From contig NC_068998.1 of the NCBI RefSeq assembly GCF_001194135.2, forward strand, positions 11,524,448 through 11,588,447: 64,000 nt of DNA. The letters run 5' to 3'. The translations under genes and the position numbers were made by a program. Below, in pieces: positions 25,547 to 39,317 of this stretch. How positions within the stretch are numbered: position 1 is the first letter of the stretch; each line of letters starts with the position of its first letter. The notes under the pieces were generated by a model, which was not told the DNA's origin, ran no database searches, and was given only the letters and a program-made list of their open reading frames with translations. This stretch comes from Octopus bimaculoides (taxonomy: Eukaryota).

Positions 25547-26615
25547 GTAAGTATGAAACTGTTTTTTAGTTTCTTTAGAGTCGTCTGTCTCAACAACATG
25601 ACAAGATAATTGTTTAAGGATTCCCTGCAGGAAATAGATAACAAGATTTTGAGATAAAAAGAATGATTTGAATGAGACACATGAGGAAGAGAGAGAGAGA
25701 TGGAGATGGATAGCTGAGTTATTAGGTTTTGATTTGACAGAGAGCCAACATGGAGGTTATCATCTCATATCCTGTCCCTGTAAAACTCTCAAATGACCTT
25801 ATCTACCCGAGTGTAAAATATGTACTACAGGTTAGGAAATACTGACCACTCCAACCAGTAGCAGTACTATTGATTTGACGAGTAATGTTCGATTTCTTCT
25901 GTGGGAATTGCTTACCTGCAGTAAGACCGGAAACCTCTCCAACGATAAATTTATCTCTCACTTACTGAACAGTATGGGAACTGGAAATAAGCAAGCAGTG
26001 GGCCCGGATATATAAAGATGGTTTATAATTGTTTAACTCTTTTAAAATAGAATTACTTATTAAGAATTACGTTTTACGAGTTACAAATAGTTTTTTTTTG
26101 TAAGGTACATAACTCTGTTTTATTCGATATATTCCCAAAATAAAATTAGCTCGTGTGCTGTTAGAAGACTGATGTTTCATGTTAGACCTTTCAGTAAATG
26201 GAAAAGAATGTTCAGGCCCTACCACAAAATGTTAAAGTATTTTCTTTTTACAGCACACAAACTGATTTTTACCACTGCAGACCATCAGTAGTTTCCTCAA
26301 ACTGTTTTATTCTGTTTGATTTAAACTAATTGACTAGAGATGACATTTTTACATTAAGATTGAGAGTTTAGTGGCTGGAAGGCCTTCAGCTATAATTACG
26401 ATTGTATGTGTTGAAATTGGTGTAAGTAGTGAGTAGATATTTCACGATATCTTGCATAGGATCCAGCTTGGATAGACAGACATTTCTTCCATCATTCAGT
26501 GTTAAACCAATAGAAGTCATTGTTTGTTCTTTCACTATTAATCGATGTTTTCTCTCCCTTTACACTGCATATTGTAAGAAAGCCCTTTTTCTTTTTTTTT
26601 TACTTTGCAAAACAG

Positions 26616-26760
26616 GTATATCACTCAAGAAGGCCACAAACTGGAGATTGCCCCCCGACCTCCAATGGCTGTCACTAACGCAGTATCATGGAGATCAGAG
26701 GGAATCAAATACAGGAAGAATGAGGTTTTCCTGGATGTGATTGAATCGGTCAATTTATTG
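26616..26760 (+). CDS. AP1M1: AP1M1 coding exon 4 (YITQEGHKLE...VTNAVSWR...EVFLDVIESVNLL)
   Basis: aacag acceptor, 145 nt, donor GTAAAC. The VTNAVSWR phospho-Thr motif and the FLD cargo-binding motif are intact. Confidence 0.97.
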
Positions 26761-27059
26761 GTAAACATTCCAGTTTTCTTTCTCTATATTAACATGGAAA
26801 ATTTTAACACAAATTTTTATTTACAGACATGTCATTAGAACCAGATTTTGTCATTTTCTATATTCTACAATCATCTGACCAAAAAACTGAAGTAACGAAA
26901 TATTTGTGGTTGCATCTGAAAAATTTGAAATGATGTATTAGTGGATGATCACAATCATCCGTAAATGGCTTCACTACAGTTTGTTGTGACTAGAGTGTCG
27001 TCCTGTTATGAAGAGTGAAAATAGTGAAATCATGTCTTTGCTTCAATACTTATCTAACA

Positions 27060-27930
27060 CAAAACAAGAAAACTGATGTCCCACAAATAGACACATCTAA
27101 ATCTCTTCCTTACAAACCTGTGAATTGATTGGAACTCTACCAAGCATATTCCATATTTGGACATAATAGTCCCTATTGAGGAGGTAGCCATAAAGATACC
27201 AAAAGCTCAGGCAGATGAACTAAGGTGGAAAGTGAGACAGGTACTAGAGAAAGCGAAATTTCCCAAACCAAACATCACTAAGGAAGAAAAGTTTGCTATT
27301 AAAACATTACAGATTGATAGTTCCATCATAATACTTCCAGTGGACAAGGGAAATCCTACAGTGGTGCTGAACAAGTCTGGATACTTGGAAAAATTGGCAA
27401 GTCTCATAAGTGATAGTAGCTACAGCAAAAGAAAGAAAGACCCAACTCTGAAAACAGAGAGGAAGTTGTCACAGATCTTAATGAAGAACTAGGATCACTT
27501 CATACCAATGAAGTGCAGACAACTGACCCAACATTACAGTAAGCTACCACACATGTATGGTCTCCCTAAGATTCATAAGGATGGTATTGTATTCCATTAA
27601 GACCTATAGTGAGCTGTAGAGGTTCGGCATGTCATCCATTGAATTGCTTCCTTGTGGATATAATCAGTCCATTAGCAGGTAAGTCAACATCGTATATGAA
27701 GAATTCCACTCACTTCACAGAATTGATCAAAGATACTCCCATTGGATCCAACCAGATGGTTAGTCTAGATGTGATAAGTCTGTTTACCAAAGTCCCAACC
27801 AATGAAGCATTCGGTGATTCAAGACAAACTAGTAACGGATACCTCTCCAAAAGATCACACTGGTATACCAATAGAAAACTTGAGGGAAATGTTGACTTTC
27901 TGCGTAGAAACTACCTACTTCAGATAAAGA
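27060..27930 (+). mobile_element. Penelope-like element reverse transcriptase fossil in the AP1M1 intron before coding exon 5
   Basis: Translations KPNITKEE...IIILPVDKGNPTVVLNK, PHMYGLPKIHK and MVSLDVISLFTKVP are PLE RT motifs. Interrupted by stops and frameshifts. Confidence 0.88.
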
Positions 27931-28069
27931 ATAGATGTAACCCGTTTCACCAATGCTAAACGGTAAAAAATTTGGTGTAAATTAAAAACTATGTGTTCTC
28001 TATTTAGTTGAAAATTCTCCCAAACAGTTTTTGAAGAGTTTGTCAATACTCTTAATTTTCATTCATTAG

Positions 28070-28196
28070 GTGAGTGCTAACGGCAATGTTTTGCGTAGTG
28101 AAATTGTTGGCTGCATCAAGATGCGAGTTTATCTGTCTGGGATGCCAGAGCTTCGACTTGGTCTCAACGATAAAGTGCTCTTTGAGAGTACTGGAA
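28070..28196 (+). CDS. AP1M1: AP1M1 coding exon 5 (VSANGNVLRSEIVGCIKMRVYLSGMPELRLGLNDKVLFESTG)
   Basis: ttag acceptor, 127 nt, donor GTAAGT. Contains the mu signature LSGMPELRLGLNDK. Confidence 0.97.
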
Positions 28197-30370
28197 GTAA
28201 GTTTTTACAGCATATTCTTGGTTGTCATGTCTTGTGTTACTGGTTTTGAAACTTAGTGCTGTGTGTAATCTCTTTGTCTGATTTGCATGCAGCTTTGAAG
28301 AAAGTAGTCTACTTTTCTCACTTGAAAAGATCTTATTGTGAGATTTTATATGAACCTCTCTTGTATGAGACTTTATGTGCTAAAGTGGCTGCCAGATTAA
28401 TGTCCAAAACAATGAAATTCGATACCTCATCTCCTGCATTGCATTATGTCTATGTCTAACACACTCTTGCGAGTTCAGTCTACTTAATTATCAGTTGATA
28501 TTATTGACTGGTTAGTACAAGTTGATGTTCTAAACAGCAAAAGCACTCTGATAACTGTATTTTACTTTGTAGTCAACCTCTGATGAAAGTACCCAGATGT
28601 CTTGGGTCATCATGGCTAATGTGCAACAGTTCATGTTTAATTCATTCTGTATATCTTATTTTGATATGAGAGATTCCATAGCAAAGTGGAACTATGAATA
28701 AAAATATAGTTGTAGAACAAGTAGAAAGATAATTTTTTTTCAACACGTAAATACTGAACCTCATGGCTGATTGCCAGCAAACTTTTCTGCTCTTAAAAAG
28801 ATTTTATCTTTTATATATATATATATATACTGTTCAATATTTACGTATTGAAAAAAATTTATTCTTCTACTTGTTCTACAATACATTTCAATGCTTCAAA
28901 AAACAAACTTATGTTTGTTTATATATGACGTAAATATAGTTGTGTCTGAGGTCATGTGGTATTTGAGTTAAAGAAATCTTTAGTGTTCAATTCTGTTGAC
29001 AAAATATTTTAATGTTATTAAAGTGTGTTTTTACTATTTGAAATTCATAAAATTAATTGTCAGTGCAATAAGATGTTAAATTCTGTATTATTCTAGTTTT
29101 TATAACTCTCCTGTAACCGTTTTTTGTACAAAGGAACTAAAGATAATCCATGTAAATTTGATATAACATGCTTCACTAGTCAATCACATAAAAGAGAAGC
29201 ATCTCACACAGATAAGTATCCACTCGGACAGATATCTTTTATATGTTTAGAGTTATTATCATTTCATTGTTTTAACATCAACTTTTCCATATCTGCATGA
29301 GTCGGATGGAATTTCTTGAAGTAGATTTTCTACCTGTGGGTACCTTTCCTGTCTCCAAATTTCACCTGCTTCCATGGAAGATTGAAAATGGATGCTGTTT
29401 GACAGTGATACTCATTTGCAGCTGTCATACATTGTCAAGACGAGGAGACATCAACTCTCATGCATGCAAGACAGGCTTCTCTCAATTTCTGTTTCACAAA
29501 GCTTTGGTCAGTTTGAGACTGTAGTAAAAGATACTTGACCAAGACGCCACACAGTGGGACTGAACCCGCAACCATATAGTGGGGAAGCAAACTTCTTAAC
29601 CATACAGCCATGCCTGTGACTTGAACTCATATTCGCTAAATTACTTCTTAATAAAACGGATCAGCTTACAGGAAAGTTTGTGTTTATTTAATAGAAAATC
29701 TCAGGTGGGAAGGAAAGCAAAAACGTTAATGAGTATATTGATTTTAATAAAGAATTATTTAATATTTGTTACATTAAAATACAAATCTGAGAAATTACTG
29801 AAGAGGGTGAGGGGAAATAAAAAAGAAAGAGAGATGACAAATATATGGAGCTTTGACTTTTTGATATGTGTGTGTGTGTGTATTTGCTTGTTTCAGTCAT
29901 TGGGACATTACCATGAATGTTTTAATTGAACAAATCAACCACCTCACTACTTATTTTTAAGACTGATCCTTAAGCCATCAGTGTCTTGCCAAACCACTTG
30001 GTAACAGGGATGTAAGCAAACCAACGCCAGTTGCCAAGAAGTGATGGGAACAAACCCAAAGACACACGCATGTACACACACACACAACACACTTCCACTT
30101 TGTTTCCATCTACCAAGTTCACCCTTAAGGCATTGGTTGGCTAGGGGTTACAGTAGAGGACGCTTGCTCACGGTGGCATGCAGAGAGACTGAACCTGAAA
30201 TGGTGTGTGTGGTTGCAGACTAAAATTTTTAACCATGTAACTGTGCTTGTATATGTATGTGTGCATGTGTATGTGTGTAAAGTTAATTCCGATGTGGAAG
30301 GGTCTCCTGTTAGTTTTAAGGCTCGATTTTGTCTTTTTAATTTATTTTTCTTCATTAACACCCAATGTAG

Positions 30371-30513
30371 GAGGAAAAAGCAAGTCTGTGGAGCTGGAAG
30401 ATGTGAAATTCCATCAATGCGTTCGGTTGTCAAGATTTGAAAATGATCGCACCATCTCCTTCATTCCACCAGATGGAGAATTCGAACTTATGTCTTACCG
30501 CTTAACCACTCAT
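30371..30513 (+). CDS. AP1M1: AP1M1 coding exon 6 (GKSKSVELEDVKFHQCVRLSRFENDRTISFIPPDGEFELMSYRLTTH)
   Basis: tgtag acceptor, 143 nt, donor GTAAAT. Contains the FHQCV and SFIPPDGEFELMSYR signatures. Confidence 0.97.
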
Positions 30514-31026
30514 GTAAATATCATCTTTTTTTTTGTGTTTCATGTTTCTCTTTCTTGTTTTTAGCCTGTTTGTTTACATCCGCTCTTGCTTATTTGAAAG
30601 TCATGTTGTTTGTTCGTATGGTGTTCTTGTTGACATTTCTCCTGTCAATAAGTTGCTCATTCGCTTCATGGCTTCGAAATCACATGGAAGACAAGATCCT
30701 TACTTGAAAAATAGGTTTTAGACACACTTATACATATGCCACCATCATCATCATTGTTCAGTTTATGTCAATAAACATGGTTTTTTGCTGTGATGTTGAC
30801 GTTTCAAGTATTTACACATGGTGACTTTAATGTATCAAATTATGATTTTCATAATCTTAATTACAATCTAACAAGATTGTAATTAGTTAATCGAGAAATA
30901 TTTTTCTATTTGTTTTATCATTACACTCTGCTTCAAAATAAAATTTCAGTATGATGAATAATTATCCTCTTATCTCCTTGCATGTTTTATAAAACCTGAA
31001 GATCAATTCACTTGTCTGTTTTCCAG

Positions 31027-31098
31027 GTGAAACCTCTGATTTGGGTTGAGTCTGTGATTGAGCGTCACGTCCATAGCCGTGTCGAATATATGATTAAA
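31027..31098 (+). CDS. AP1M1: AP1M1 coding exon 7 (VKPLIWVESVIERHVHSRVEYMIK)
   Basis: ttccag acceptor, 72 nt, donor GTAAGA. Not in the ORF track; read by hand. Confidence 0.95.
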
Positions 31099-32661
31099 GT
31101 AAGATGATATTTAATTTGGTTTGGTTTTGAAACACTTATTAAATTACATTGTAATATATTCTACAGCATATTCCTTTCCAGGGATACCTATAACTCGCAC
31201 ATCTAGAAGAGCAGAATATGTTTGAGTCATTTGACTGTTGTGCTATTTGTAATGTTATAAATATGATCGCTTATTTTGTTTTATTTAATTGTAGGTATGT
31301 GTGGATGCAAGATTAAAAGTATTAATATTAAAAGTGACTTGAATCAGTAGGGACTCAGATATAGAGGCAATGTTAACCCTTTTAATACGTTTTAATACCA
31401 ACATTCTGGAAATTACCTGTACTAAAGTGTTCATATTCAAATTAAAATATCAGTGAAATTTCCTTATAACTTCAATGAATTGATGAGATTCAGTTAGTCA
31501 ACCCCGACATATTGTATACTATTAAATTAGCACCTGCAAAATTCAATGTTTTCTCTCCTTACCAGCACCCTTAAGACCATCATATATAATTAACCATCAC
31601 ACTCAACAACATAAATACACCACGCATACTAGGAGTTAGATAGTGTGCTTCCACATTCACAATACACATTGCAGGGATATACTTAGAATAATCCTTTCTA
31701 CTAAAGGCACAAGGCCTGAAATTTTGGGGGAAGGGGACTAGTTGATTACATCGACCCCCAGTGTTTCACTGGTACTTAATTTATCACCCCCAAAAAAGGA
31801 TGAAAGGCAGAGTTGACCTCAGCAGAATTTGAACTCAACGTAAAGACAGATGAAATATCATTTTGTATTTTGCCCAGCATGCTAATGATTCTGCCAGCTC
31901 ACCGCCTTAACATACTTAGAATAATAACATCATCATCATCATCATTTAACGTCCGCTTTCCATGCTAGCATGGGTTGGACGATTTGATTGAGGACTGGTG
32001 AACCAGATAGCTACACCAGGCTCTAATCTGATTTGGCAGAGTTTCTACAGCTGAATGCCCTTCCTAATGCCAACCACTCCGAGAGTGTAGTATTTACCTA
32101 GTAGAAAGAAATTCTAACAGTGGTGTAGAAACAATACATTAGATTCATCATGAATTTTCTGTTAGTCTACAATAACTCACAATTCACTATAAACTATACC
32201 AAACATCTCACTATGCATCATAATCAACAAAACAAAATTGCTGAAAATAAAAGCCCACCTGAATAGGTGAGAGAAGTACTGTTTGTTGCTGTAGCAAGCT
32301 TCATCTTGAGCAGTTTCACCTTCAAACACCCAGAAATACAGAGAACTTCAGAACACAACTACAACAGCTTCCTAAAGCAAAATTATAACCACATTCCTCC
32401 TACTTAATCCCCCAAAAATCTTTAAAAATCCCCACATAGAAACAAAAATAACTAACATTAATAGCCTCTAATAGCCTCCAACATGGCTGTGAGATACTCC
32501 ACCACCACCACCAAGTGCTGAAGAACATCAGTTAATGTGTTATGATCAAGTCCATGTTCTTTCTTGTTGTCTGTGATATGATGTAATAAGTTGGTTTTGA
32601 ATCAGTGATTTAAAATTCGTTAAAGTGATCGTTTCATGAATCGTTTGGTTATGTTTAAAAG

Positions 32662-32820
32662 GCTAAAAGTCAGTTCAAGCGCCGTTCCACAGCGAACAAT
32701 GTGGAAATCATCATTCCAGTCCCACAAGATGCTGACTCCCCTAAATTCAAGACTACTGTTGGAAGCTGCAAATATACCCCAGAATTAAATGCTGTTATCT
32801 GGACAATAAAATCTTTTCCC
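32662..32820 (+). CDS. AP1M1: AP1M1 coding exon 8 (AKSQFKRRSTANNVEIIIPVP...WTIKSFP)
   Basis: Acceptor tttaaaag (weak), 159 nt, donor GTGAGT. Read by hand. Confidence 0.95.
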
Positions 32821-32886
32821 GTGAGTATTGATGTATTTTGATCTTACTTTTTTTTTTGTTCTGCATTAGGAAACAGCAAAGCATGT

Positions 32887-32920
<34 letters not shown>

Positions 32921-33968
32921 TGGCACTTGTGCCGGTAGCACGTGTAAAGACATTCAAGCGAGATCGTGCCAGTGCCACTGGACTGGCTCCTGTGCAGGTA
33001 GCACGTAAAATGCACCATTTTGAGCACAGCCATTGCCAGTACCGCCTGACTGGCCTTTGTGCCGGTGGCACGTAAAAGCACCCACTACTTTCTCGGAGTG
33101 GTTGGCATTAGGAAGGGCATCCAGCTGTAGAAACTCTGCCAAATTAGATTGGAGCCTGGTGTTGCCATCCGGTTCACCAGTCCTCAGTCAAATCGTCCAA
33201 CCCATTCTATCATGGAAAGCATGTTTGCATGGGTCACTTGGAATTTGTTGAGGCAGATTTTTGATGGCTGGATGCTTTTCCTGTTGCCAATCTGTCATAA
33301 ACCAGTTCAAAGAAGGCTTTTATTCAAACTTTATTCTGCTCGCCATTTAATCTGTTAATCACAGCTGTCCAATGATTAAGATGCGTTGTTTTATATTAGG
33401 TAAAGATAGTATCCATCTATCAATGTCATTTTTACTGTCATTTCCTAACAGCTGTAATGGTTTCACTATCTTCTGTCAAACTTCTACTACACTGCTTCAT
33501 TCATTTTACAATATTATTATTATTATTATTAGTTGTTTTAGGTTATCCAACTGTCGATGCATTCTGCTTATCACCTTGTACTGCTATAATTTCTCTCATT
33601 TCCTCATAGATTCACTTTGCTAGACAGCAACCCTTTAGCAGTCAAATGTAATGCTTGTTTATTCACGTTGCTTTGAATTAAACTTGCATTATCTTGTACC
33701 TTTGAGATTTCAGTGATGCAATTGTTTATTTTTAGAATGACATTGTAGGGTAAGTGTGATACGCAAGATCTTGTTTGTTTGAACATAAAACAGATAGAAT
33801 ATTTGGGCCGGATTTGGCCATTATATATATATATATGCTAAAGGGTTAAATATGTCTGTCAATCTATTACTACCATTGATTTACACTGTGTTCTGCCTAA
33901 AATACAAATTATTACAATTATGTTTAGTTGTGCATCATTTACTAAAGTGCTGCTGTTATACATTTCAG

Positions 33969-34094
33969 GGTGGGAAAGAATATTTGATGAGAGCTCACTT
34001 TGGTCTCCCAAGTGTTATTGGAGAAGACTCAGAAGGCAAGCCCCCTATACAAGTCAAATTTGAAATTCCTTATTTTACAGTTTCAGGAATACAG
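33969..34094 (+). CDS. AP1M1: AP1M1 coding exon 9 (GGKEYLMRAHFGLPSV...FEIPYFTVSGIQ)
   Basis: tttcag acceptor, 126 nt, donor GTAAGT. Confidence 0.97.
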
Positions 34095-34910
34095 GTAAGT
34101 GGCAAAATTTCAAATAACTTACTTATGGTGCACAAAATATAATCTTAAGCCATTCTCAAGTCATTCTCAAATCATTATCAAATAGAATTGATGAGGGTAG
34201 ATAATGAGCATTTATTAATACTTTTAACTTCACAAACGTTGTGCTTCATTCAAAATAGAATTTGTTATTTATGAATCTAGTTGTGAATATAATTGGAAGA
34301 ACAGTATGCCTTTCAACAAATATCTACATTATGAAAATAATCATTCAATTTCTTGCATTTTATCATTTGATTTTTTTTATAGACATGAACATTTTTTATG
34401 TGCAAAATCATTGCAAAATATGTGTCTATACTGAAGAGGAAGTACCAAACCATAACAAATTATTTGAATGGTTCTAGGAAAGTTGTTTATCATGAACAAT
34501 TCATCAAAGATATTTTATAGCTTCTATAGTTTACAATATTTATGGTCACTTTTTCTTGCTAGAAAAAGCAGTTGAAATTCCTTCAAATCAAACTCTACTG
34601 CCTTGGGACAGCAAAGTTCTCATTGGATCACATAGTCCCATATACACTCCTCTGAAAAGAAAAAATAATGATTGTTATGGCTGAGCTGGTTATGACCTAG
34701 GGTTAAACTACTCCAAATAATTCATCAACTAGAAAATGGTAGCTTTTCAGTTGTAGCACGATGGAAATATTTTTTAAAATTTTATTTTGGGAAAATAAAT
34801 GCTTTGTGAGTATTGAGGACAATAAATATGCAAAGGGCTGACAGCTTGTAACATAATTGAATATGCAGGTGGATGGTGGGATGTGTGACTGGTGGACATT
34901 TTAGGCACTA

Positions 34911-34963
34911 TAATTTAATCCCTCTTCATAATTTAATCCCTCTTCATAATTTAATCCCTCTTC
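34911..34963 (+). repeat. 18-bp tandem repeat x3 (TAATTTAATCCCTCTTCA)
   Basis: Read directly. Confidence 0.9.
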
Positions 34964-35305
34964 TCTTAACATAGACTATTCTTAATCTTGTAAGCTGCAT
35001 GGCATCTCAATGCTGGTGGAATGAAAAGCAAACCCAGTACAGGCTTCAATGTGGTTAGCATTAGGAAGGGCATCCAGCCATAGAAACTGTGCCAAAGCAG
35101 ACACTGGAGCATGAAGTAGTTCTTGGGGTTCCTTAGATCTTTGTCAATCCCTCCAACCAATGTCAACATGGAACATGGGCATCAAATGACTATTACACAC
35201 ACACACACACATATTTGCATACATGAAACTTGCTTCCAGTTAACATGAATGCCAGCTTGTTTGATCGAAGACCACGTAAAAATTTTCTCTCTTTCCTACT
35301 TTCAG

Positions 35306-35404
35306 GTACGCTACTTGAAAATCATTGAGAAGAGTGGTTACCAAGCTCTACCATGGGTGCGTTATATCACCCAAAACGGAGACTACCAATTACGTACCAA
35401 TTAA
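35306..35404 (+). CDS. AP1M1: AP1M1 coding exon 10 (VRYLKIIEKSGYQALPWVRYITQNGDYQLRTN*)
   Basis: ttcag acceptor, 99 nt to TAA, with the LPWVRY cargo-binding Trp. Spliced total is 1269 nt with no stops. Confidence 0.96.
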   Translation, partial: VRYLKIIEKSGYQALPWVRYITQNGDYQLRTN

Positions 35405-38270
35405 TGAATGAGAAACAAAAAACAAAAACAAAAAAAAAATCAAACAAAAAAAAACAAACAAACAAAACAAACTCACTAACAGATTGGAAAAGGGAATGAG
35501 ATGTTGATAGAGTGCAATCAATATTGTAACGATCCATATGAATATTGGCACAGATACATATTGCCGCTGCTTCTATCTGACATTATTTACAGTTAGGGAA
35601 AAGTTCAACAGGTCGTGTAAACCTCGTTGAATATCCATGCGTTTTTATATGTATATGTTTGTGAACTCAATTATTAATTTCATTCAGATTATTCAATTAC
35701 CTTTTTTTTTTTTTTATCTAGACAAATTATTTTAAAAAATAAATTAAAACCTTAACTATCTATATAATTTATGAATTTATTGTTTTTGTTTGTTTATTTT
35801 TTTTTTCCTTTTAAAAATAAATTAATTTTTCCATTGGTTATATTTTACATTAGATACTTCCATGTTTTCACTCACACACACAGACAGACAATCACATACA
35901 CACACACACACACATATACTCCCATACACGCAGATACACTCACTCTTTTGTTTAAAACTTTATGAACACATGACTAGTTTTTATCAATGATATTTACTGA
36001 ACTTTTGAAAGTAGACACCTTCTTTTTGTTATCAGTTACTTTTTAATTTAATCTTAAACTTGATCAGTTTGTTTTTCAGTGATTACAAAGTAGCTGAGTT
36101 GTAAAACATATTTTCTTTCTTTCTTTACCGTTTTTTTTTTTTTTTTACTTTCTCTCTCTGTTGTTCTGTTAGGTTTCAAATTTAGTTCAATTTAAATCAG
36201 AATATATTGTTGATAATATTTACTACAATTAGAACAAGTCAGTCTACTGAAAACTTTAGTATTTACTTAATACTGAGTTTTTTTTTCTTTCTCATTTTCT
36301 TTCGGTACAAAGTAAGCAAATCTGAAGGCGAACAGATATTGCTTGTTTCTGTTTTTCCTATTATTTTTTTACTTTTTTTAATTTTTTTTATTAAATATAT
36401 GACTTATCTTTATTCCTTTTGAAAAGAGCATGAATACAAGAGAAACCCAGAGAATCAGTTCTTCTATGCCACCATTCTGTCACGGTTTTATCACTTTCCA
36501 GTCCATTTTCCACATCTGTAATTTTTTCGCAATAGGACAGATTTTTGTCTGACTGAAATTTAAATAATCTTCCAAGATAACAAACAAGATAGATTTTCAG
36601 AGGGAGCCTATTTCTGGTGCAGTCTGCTCTCAGAATCTACTTCTCTAAGATCCAATTTATTTATATTGTCTTGTTTAGTGAAAAAGACTGCCACAATCAC
36701 TCATCGACCACTGTTCCATCTTCAGTGTCCCTAATCTTCCCCAATTACCAACATCCAGATGTTTAAAAAGCCAGTAAGTGTTATGGCTAGTTCTTGACAC
36801 TTGAGGCCAGGCTCTCCAAAACTTTGTAGTACTAGATGTTGTTTAGTTAACTTTTACCTATTTTTACTGTTAATGAGGTTAATATCTGTATATTGTCAGT
36901 ATTTTAGAACTGAATGCATTAATTATAAAATACATCAGATTAATGTTAATGTTGTATGTTTCAAAAAGAAAAAAAAATCTCCTTATTCAAATTGTAGATT
37001 TTCAGTGAATCTAAAATTAACGAACTTTGAAAGATTAGCAGATTGTTTACTAATGACGATGAGATCAAATCTTTTTTTTTTTTTTTTTGTTGGACATCAT
37101 TTTACAACATATCTCTAATTAATAAGGGTAATTATTTCACTATGTGGAATCAATTTTTTCCCTTCAAGTTTGTAACTTATTTATTTATTTGTTTGTTTAT
37201 TTATTTATTATTATTTTTTTTTTCAAATTTTTGCTGCATTTTTCTGGTGTTCTAACTGTGACTTGACTTGTTCAACTTTTACTGAAAAACTAGTCAACTG
37301 TTAATTGCTCGGGTTCCCAGACAATCTATTGTTGCTCTATTTCTCAATGTTTTGCAACTTATTTGGAATGAGGAGAGTGTGAGAAAAAAGACACAAAGTG
37401 AGAGAGAGATAGAGAGAGAGTGTGTGTGTGAGCAAGTGAGAGAGAGAAAAAGAGGAGTTAATTGCAGCTACATTTGAATGAAGCAATCATAACTAATTAT
37501 GAGAAACTAATGTTGTTCAATATTTCAATTGACTGTTAATGGAAAATGTTATTTCTTTTTTTTTTTCTTCTTCTTCTTCTTCTTGCATCCATCTAATTCA
37601 GTAATTTTATCATCGGTGAAGAGCGAAAAATCAAACCAGATTTTTTTAAGCAACTCTGCTGTTTGATACATACAATGTTTATTAAAAATTTTATTTTAAT
37701 TAATTGCAACATTTGTTCATATCTGATGTATTTGTTAAGAGAGTTTTTTTTGTTACATGTTTGTTTGTTTGTTTGTTTTGTTTTTCTTTGTTGTTTTTTG
37801 TTTTTTGTTTTTGTTTTCTTTTTCTTCCTTTTGCTATCCATTATTTTGGGAAACCCCCATTATCATCCTGCGCTGTTGATCCCATGTTCTGGCCATCATA
37901 AATGACAATAATAATAATAATAATAATAATAATAATCTTCATGACTGATTGCAATCATTTTAATCACTGTCATGTATATTAGAAAGGTGAAATAAATATT
38001 GTGAGTGTTTAGTGTTAGTTTCTCGCTCAATTACTGTCTTACCGATATCAGTTAACTGCATTTATCCCATTGTTTCAGTCTGTCTTCTTTCTGCATAGTT
38101 CCAGATGGCCTGTGAATGAAACTGATACGTGTTCTAAAGAATATAATATAACTAAATGAAAACGTTCTTTTGTAATTACTGATTAATCGTTTTTGTTACT
38201 GTATTTCTGTTGAAATATATTGTCTTTATTTCGATTATTTTTAATTACCGTTTTTTTTTTTTTTTAATAC
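35405..38270 (+). other. AP1M1: Probable long 3' UTR of AP1M1; end uncertain
   Basis: About 2.9 kb, T-rich and free of the SINEs that fill the flanks. AATAAA hexamers occur near 35738, 35816 and 37992. Confidence 0.4.
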
Positions 38271-39260
38271 TGAATGATATAGTAAAATATCTCGTTATCA
38301 ATCTGCTGTAAGGTGCTGAGCTGTCACAATCGTTAGCATGTCGGGCGAAATGCTTAGCAGCATTTCGTCTGTCTTTAGATTCTGAGTTCAAATTCCGCCG
38401 AGGTTGACTTTGTTTTTCATCCTTTCGGGGTCAATAAATTAAGTACCAGTGAAACGCTGGGGGTCGATGTAATTGACTAGTCTCGTTCCCTCAAATTTCA
38501 GGCCTTGTGCCTTGAGTAGAAAGGATTACTAATCTGCTGTTTAACCCTTCAGTATTTAGATTACTCTGTCAAGTGTGATGCTTGTTGTTTTGAACTAATC
38601 ATGCAGGAACATGTAGCTTCAAGATTTTGACGGAAGTGATTGTTTATTTTTAGAATAACATTGTAGGGTAAGTGTGAGAGGCTGAATCTGGCCAGTTTAA
38701 ACATATAAGAAGGTAGAATATTTGGGCCTGATATGGCCTGAATAAATAAATGCTAATAGGTTAGAGCAGTGAGCTGGCAGAATCATTAGCATGCCGGGCA
38801 AAATGCTCAGAAGCATTTTATCCGTCTTTACGTTCTGAGTTCAAATTCCGCTGATGCTGACTTTGCTTTTCATCCTTTTGGGTTGGCTAAAACAAGTATC
38901 TGGTATTAAGAAGGGCATGCAGCTATAGAAACCAAGTCAAAACAGACTATGGAACCTGGTGTGACCCCTGGCCTTAGCAGTTCCTGTCAAGCCGTATATC
39001 TGTTCCCAAGTAAGGTATTTCCCCATCACCAAGGCATGTTTTCATGGAAGGTTGAAAATGGACACTACTTGCAGGATGATGGCACACATTTACAACTCGC
39101 ACACAATGTCAAGACAAAAACACACACATATATATGCAAGAAGCCCATTGAATGAATGAATGAATGAATGTGTGTGTGTGTGTCACATACTCATGTATAT
39201 ATATATATGTAATATATGCAAGAAACCCACTGAATGAATGTGTGTGTTTGTGTATATCAT

Positions 39261-39291
<31 letters not shown>

Positions 39292-39317
39292 CATACACAC
39301 ATACATATATATATATA

